From Thermovirgaceae bacterium (lineage in GTDB: Bacteria; Synergistota; Synergistia; Synergistales; Thermovirgaceae): a DNA stretch of 10,314 bases. The stretch spans positions 1 to 10,314 of the forward strand of contig JAXGNU010000017.1 of NCBI GenBank assembly GCA_040767805.1. The letters run 5' to 3'. Within the stretch, counting starts at the first letter, position 1. Each line of letters opens with the position of its first letter. The notes below the pieces were generated by a model. That model was not told where the DNA came from. It did not search any database and saw only the letters and a list, made by a program, of their open reading frames with translations. The position numbers and the translations under genes were made by a program. Below are positions 6,311 to 10,314 of this stretch, one piece after another.

Positions 6311-7603
6311 TTATTGAGATTTGCCTACGACGGGCAGTGAGATCCCACCCATCGGGATAATGCCGATCGTCGCACCGGGGATGAGCTCCAGGGCCTTGTC
6401 CAGGGCCTCCTGGACCGTGGGGAAGGGCGTGTACCCCATGGCGGCGATGTCCTCCTTCGACAGGCCTTCCGTGACGGAAAAGATCCTCGCCTTGTCCCTG
6501 GCGCGGCAGTTGCATATGGCGAGTACCGCCGATACCGTATCGGCTTCCACGTCCTCCGGCGAGGTCGCTCGCAGCCTCCGTAGCGCTTCGTCCAGGGAGA
6601 GGGAGAGCCATTCCCTGAAGAGGGGGTGGTTATGGGCTAGGCCCTCTCCACAGGGGGCCGCAAAAATGATGATGCCCCCCTTTTTCACGGCGAAATAGGC
6701 GCAGCTGACGCCCTTGGTAGCTTGCCAGTAGTCCATGTCGGAAGGCCACGAACTCACTACAACTATATCCGCGGGTTCGGGCACGGTGATCCTGAAGGAC
6801 TTTTCGGCGAGTTTTATTCCCTCCCTATGGGCCTTTATGAAATCACCGGAGAAAAGGCCGGCGATCTCATCCCGGTAGTTCTTGACTATATTGACAATGA
6901 ACGCCAGCCCGGCGATCCTCGCCACTTCCTCTATTCCCTCGCGGCAGGGGTTGCCGTCGGCCACCCCCAGGGGTATATCGGGACAAAAACCGGCGGCAGC
7001 GTGGGTGGCGGAAGTGGTGACAAAGTCGCAGACCCCGGGCTGCAGGATCTTGGCTCCCCCGGCGTAACCGGCGTCACAATGGGGCACGATGTTCCCTATG
7101 CCGACGAGGAGATCCGAGGCCAGGGCGTAGCGGTTGACGTGGGCGGGTATCTCGTAATCCCCGGCCATGACCGTTCCGATATCGACCATATCCTCCCTGG
7201 CCGTCGCGTCGTGCTGCACGACCTTGAAGCGCCTGACCATCTCGGGGCCAAGTTTTTCAAGGATCTCCCTTTCGGTCATGAGCCTGTGGGTCCCTGGGGC
7301 GGTGAGGAAACTCATCGCGCCGTCGGGTACTCCGTTTTCGTTGAGGTACCCCGTGATCACGGGCATTATGATGTCCAGGGGCGTGCTACGGGTGCTGTCC
7401 TCCACGAGGAAGACGATGTTCTTCTTCCCGCGGGCGAGTTCTTTGAGGGGCGGGGTGCCAAGGGGCGATTCAAGGGAGGCGACGAGGGCCTTTTCGAAGT
7501 GTTCCAGCGGGGGGATGTCGGACATCTCACCCTCGAAGATCACGGACCTCTCGGGGGCCTCGAAGCTGACTCTCCTGTTTCCGTAGGGGATTTCATATCT
7601 CAT
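6311..7603 (-). CDS. larA: LarA-family nickel-pincer-nucleotide-dependent 2-hydroxy-acid racemase/epimerase (substrate probably not lactate), 430 aa
   Basis: Motifs I.YG at the N-terminus, L..PLG.P.L, DSTR (D69, R72), APGTHR (H106), PH..AGYAGGAK..QPG (H175, K185), H201, NP.R, D..WQATK (Q294, K297) and VK.GG.II..A.C.EG. I moved the start from 7684 to the ATG at 7603 (MRYEIPYG), which matches the family N-terminus. The symbol denotes the family only. Confidence 0.9.
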   Translation of the reverse strand: MRYEIPYGNRRVSFEAPERSVIFEGEMSDIPPLEHFEKALVASLESPLGTPPLKELARGKKNIVFLVEDSTRSTPLDIIMPVITGYLNENGVPDGAMSFLTAPGTHRLMTEREILEKLGPEMVRRFKVVQHDATAREDMVDIGTVMAGDYEIPAHVNRYALASDLLVGIGNIVPHCDAGYAGGAKILQPGVCDFVTTSATHAAAGFCPDIPLGVADGNPCREGIEEVARIAGLAFIVNIVKNYRDEIAGLFSGDFIKAHREGIKLAEKSFRITVPEPADIVVVSSWPSDMDYWQATKGVSCAYFAVKKGGIIIFAAPCGEGLAHNHPLFREWLSLSLDEALRRLRATSPEDVEADTVSAVLAICNCRARDKARIFSVTEGLSKEDIAAMGYTPFPTVQEALDKALELIPGATIGIIPMGGISLPVVGKSQ

Positions 7604-7650
7604 CAGGTAACACCATTCCCTAATAGGATCAGTACGTTCAAGACGTGTGG

Positions 7651-7660
7651 CCTGTATACT
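7651..7660. promoter_or_regulatory. Putative GntR operator in the larA leader (CCTGTATACT)
   Basis: 7/8 match to the palindrome TGTATACA. The 9-mer CCTGTATAC is identical to the copy at 7861-7869. Confidence 0.5.
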
Positions 7661-7739
7661 GCTTCCGTTGAAACTCCTGACCATGCAACCTTGAACCGGT
7701 GGCCGTCAATATCGCATGAAAGTCGCTTTCCTGTTTCGG

Positions 7740-7767
7740 ATAATAACACCTGGGATTATTATGTCAA
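7740..7767 (-). promoter_or_regulatory. Sigma70-type promoter for the larA-acnX-dctPQM operon
   Basis: Minus strand: TTGACA (7767-7762), a 16-nt spacer, then TATTAT (7745-7740) with an extended -10 TG (TGtTATTAT). Predicted start site near 7733. Confidence 0.7.
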
Positions 7768-7830
7768 TGAAGGCAAGAGATATCAAGATGATCCAAGGGA
7801 GCGGTTTTAATTTAAATTGAATGGGCTCTA

Positions 7831-7859
7831 TGGACAAATTTGCCTTTTTAATGTATATT
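7831..7859 (+). promoter_or_regulatory. Sigma70-type promoter for gntR-ilvD
   Basis: TGGACA (7831-7836), a 17-nt spacer, then TATATT (7854-7859). An AT-rich tract lies upstream at about 7805-7820. Confidence 0.6.
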
Positions 7860-7870
7860 CCCTGTATACA
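7852..7870. promoter_or_regulatory. Putative tandem GntR operator overlapping the -10 and start site of gntR
   Basis: Perfect palindrome TGTATACA (7863-7870) plus a degenerate copy TGTATATT (7852-7859) 11 bp upstream. This matches the TGTATACA core known for GntR/FCD regulators such as Bacillus subtilis GntR. Confidence 0.6.
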
Positions 7871-7898
7871 TCTGGTTCATCCTTTTGGAGGCGGGGCC

Positions 7899-8558
7899 AT
7901 GAAGGGCAACAATAGGGCCAGTTGGGAGAAGGCATACGGGTGGATCCGTGACGCGATCGAATCGGGACAGATAGTGATGGGATCACCCCTGCCGGAAAAC
8001 CAGCTCGCGAAGGAGATAGGCGTGAGCAGGACCCCTATCCGTGAGGCTTTACGCTGCCTTGAGCAGGACGGTTACGTCACGATAATCCCCCAGAAAGGGG
8101 CCTTCGTTTCGCGGATTTCCCTGGAGGACCTGAAGGAAATTTACGATATCAGGAAGCTCCTGGAACCCTTCGCGGCTTTGTCGGCCGTGAACAGGGTCCC
8201 CGAGAAAAAGATCGATGAAATGGAAAAGGACTGGAAGGCCTTGAAAAAAGCCGCTTCCTCGGGGGAAGTAGACCTTTCCAAGGTCTCCGAGATGGATTAC
8301 CGGACGCACATGACGATAACCGGGTATGGGACCAATAAACGCATCGGAACCATCATCGCGACCTACCACGCCCAGATACAGCTTTTCCAGAGACTCTCGG
8401 CCCAGTCGCTCGCCAACATCTTTGAAACCATCGATCAACACCTGGAGATCCTCGAAAAACTGCGCGAAAGGGACGCCGAGGGCCTGTCAAACCTGCTCTA
8501 CGAACATATCGGTAAAAGCGAGAGCAACATTATGAAGGATTACTTTCTCCGGCAATAA
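7899..8558 (+). CDS. GntR-family transcriptional regulator with FCD effector domain, 219 aa
   Basis: Winged HTH motif G..LPE.QLA..IGVSRTPIREAL..LEQDG.V...P.KGAFV. FCD features EIY.IR.LLE, D...H, QH..I and EH. I moved the start from 7821 to the ATG at 7899, which follows SD GGAGG (7887-7891). Confidence 0.93.
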   Translation: MKGNNRASWEKAYGWIRDAIESGQIVMGSPLPENQLAKEIGVSRTPIREALRCLEQDGYVTIIPQKGAFVSRISLEDLKEIYDIRKLLEPFAALSAVNRVPEKKIDEMEKDWKALKKAASSGEVDLSKVSEMDYRTHMTITGYGTNKRIGTIIATYHAQIQLFQRLSAQSLANIFETIDQHLEILEKLRERDAEGLSNLLYEHIGKSESNIMKDYFLRQ

Positions 8559-8580
8559 AACAGCATGGGGGGAAGGCCCT

Positions 8581-10260
8581 ATGAAGTACAGGAGTTCCGA
8601 GATCCTTTCAGAACTTAAGTTCACCGAGAACAGGGCGTTGTATAAATCCATGGGTTTTTCGAACCGCGATCTTGATGGGCCCCTCATCGGCATAGCCAAC
8701 TCCTGGAACGAACTAGTGCCGGGACACTACAACCTCAGGAACGTGGCCGACTTCGTGAAAAAGGGGATACTCAGGGCGGGGGGCGCCTCCGTAGAATTCG
8801 GAGTCATCGGAGCCTGCGACGCCCAGGCCTGCGGACACATAGGCATGAAGTACATCCTGCCGACGAGGGACCTCATCGCCTTCGACATCGAGTCGATGGC
8901 CGAAGCCCACAGGCTTGACGGTATCGTCCTGTTGGGTTCCTGCGACAAGATCGTGCCGGGGATGCTCATGGCGGCGGCCAGGCTCGACCTGCCGGCGATA
9001 CTGCTCGTGGGCGGCCCCATGGCCGGCGGCATCGAATTCGACGGGCGAAAGAGCGACTCCACGTCTGTATCCGAGGCCGTGGGCATGCTAAGCGCCGGCC
9101 TGATAAGCAAAGAGGAGTTTTCCCGATTGGAAGACTATGCCGCCCCCTCCTGCGGGTCATGCTCCTACTACGGCACGGCGAATTCCATGGGATGCGCGGC
9201 CGAAGCCATGGGCCTGTCGCTCACGGGGTCGTCCCTGATCCCCGCGACCTCCTCGGCGAGGATGAGGGCCGCGGAGGCAACGGGCAGAACCATCGTGGAC
9301 CTCGTCAACGGGGACGTCACGGCCCGAAGGATCATCACGAGGGCTTCCCTCGAAAACACCGCCAGGGTAATGGTCGCCACGGGGGGTTCCACCAATACCT
9401 TTATCCATCTTTCCGCGATAGCCAACGAGATAGGGGTGGATGCGGAAACCATGATGGAAATCTACGACAGGGCGAGCGAAGCGGTCCCCTCCGTGGCGAG
9501 GGTCAACCCCTCCTCCGAGTACGACATGGAAGACTTCTACCGCGCCGGGGGCATCCCCCAGGTAATGAAGGAACTGCTTGACGATTTAGACCTCTCCTGC
9601 CTGACCGTGAGCGGCGAGACCCTTGGGGAGAACCTGGAGAAGTGGACTCACCCCTTCGAGGTCGACAGGAGGGTCATCCGCTCAAAGGAAGATCCCTTCA
9701 GCAGTTCGGGAGGGCTCGCGGTCCTCAGGGGCAACCTGGCGCCGGGCACCGGGATAACTAAACCCATTGCCATAGACGCCTCGATGCATTATTTCTCCGG
9801 GCCCGCGAGGGTCTTCGAGTGCGAAGAAGACGCCAACGAAGCCATCCTCTCGGGGAAGATAGCCGAGGGTGACGTGATAGTCATCCGCAACGAGGGGCCT
9901 AAGGGCGGTCCGGGAATGAGGGAAATGTACTTCGCCATGAAGTTGCTTTACGGGCGGGGCCTGGCGAAAAAGACCGCCCTGATAACGGACGGCCGCTTTT
10001 CGGGAACGAACAACGGATGCTTCGTCGGGCACATCTCGCCGGAAGCCGCCGAGGATGGGCCGATAGCCGCCGTGAATGACGGGGACAGGATAACCATAGA
10101 TATCAAGAACAAGAGGCTTGACGTGGACTTGACGCCCGAGGAGATCGCCTACCGCTTGAAGCAGCGGGTAAGGCCGCCGAAGAAGGAATATAAGGGCATC
10201 CTCGGCCTTTACGCGAAGCTGGCGACATCGGCCGCCGAAGGCGGCATGATCAGGATATAA
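8581..10260 (+). CDS. ilvD: IlvD/Edd-family Fe-S dehydratase (dihydroxy-acid dehydratase-like), 559 aa
   Basis: Motifs P.IGIANSW.E.VPGH, CD....GH.GM.Y.L..RD.IA, CDKIVPG (C121, K123), GSC....TANSM (C194), GGSTN, L.GNLAP, EGPKGGPGMREM and ITDGRFSG...G..VGHISPEA (S474). Starts 22 nt after the gntR stop. The symbol denotes the family; the physiological substrate is uncertain. Confidence 0.92.
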   Translation: MKYRSSEILSELKFTENRALYKSMGFSNRDLDGPLIGIANSWNELVPGHYNLRNVADFVKKGILRAGGASVEFGVIGACDAQACGHIGMKYILPTRDLIAFDIESMAEAHRLDGIVLLGSCDKIVPGMLMAAARLDLPAILLVGGPMAGGIEFDGRKSDSTSVSEAVGMLSAGLISKEEFSRLEDYAAPSCGSCSYYGTANSMGCAAEAMGLSLTGSSLIPATSSARMRAAEATGRTIVDLVNGDVTARRIITRASLENTARVMVATGGSTNTFIHLSAIANEIGVDAETMMEIYDRASEAVPSVARVNPSSEYDMEDFYRAGGIPQVMKELLDDLDLSCLTVSGETLGENLEKWTHPFEVDRRVIRSKEDPFSSSGGLAVLRGNLAPGTGITKPIAIDASMHYFSGPARVFECEEDANEAILSGKIAEGDVIVIRNEGPKGGPGMREMYFAMKLLYGRGLAKKTALITDGRFSGTNNGCFVGHISPEAAEDGPIAAVNDGDRITIDIKNKRLDVDLTPEEIAYRLKQRVRPPKKEYKGILGLYAKLATSAAEGGMIRI

Positions 10261-10314
10261 GAGGTTTTTAGTCCCCGCGGGTTTTTGTGGTTCCCGCTCA
10301 AGAATCCGGCGAGG

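Noticed and set aside
7604..7684. 27-aa N-terminal extension of LarA given by the ORF track
   Set aside because: Family similarity begins at MRYEIPYG (7603). The extension has no SD and overlaps a putative operator.
7684..7700. Sigma54-like GG...TTGCA on the minus strand
   Set aside because: The GG to GC spacing is 9 nt rather than the required 10, and no enhancer-binding protein gene is nearby.
6722..7810. 362-aa plus-strand ORF antisense to larA
   Set aside because: Shadow ORF with a TTG start, no family motifs and a composition typical of antisense frames. It also runs through the promoter region.
7821..7898. 26-aa N-terminal extension of GntR
   Set aside because: It overlaps the predicted promoter and operator. 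The ATG at 7899 has a clear GGAGG SD and gives a normal-length protein.
10261..10314. Possible terminator after ilvD (CCCGCGGG followed by TTTTT)
   Set aside because: The stem is too short to form a stable hairpin with a loop, and the window ends here, so the operon may continue.
1..10314. Taxonomic assignment (the style suggests an anaerobe such as a Synergistota member)
   Set aside because: This is only an impression from GC content, signal-peptide style and TRAP/LarA content. No marker gene in the window supports it.

Overview
GC-rich bacterial window, densely coding, with no RNA gene, mobile element or CRISPR array that I can support. It holds a divergently transcribed organic-acid utilisation locus. 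The minus arm reads: LarA-family (nickel-pincer) 2-hydroxy-acid racemase/epimerase, two-subunit aconitase X (catalytic DUF521 plus swivel DUF126), TRAP transporter dctP-dctQ-dctM, an intrinsic terminator, then a stand-alone FrdA/SdhA/NadB-family flavoprotein. The plus arm reads: GntR (FCD-type) regulator, then an IlvD/Edd-family dehydratase. The intergenic region has two good sigma70 promoters back to back and GntR-type TGTATAC(A) boxes, including two identical CCTGTATAC copies 210 bp apart. All four enzymes keep their cofactor motifs but differ from the characterised family members at positions that probably set substrate specificity. I infer a so far uncharacterised anaerobic pathway for import, epimerisation, dehydration and possibly reduction of a hydroxy-carboxylate. 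The substrate cannot be read from the sequence. All family calls come from motif recognition; no database search was run.
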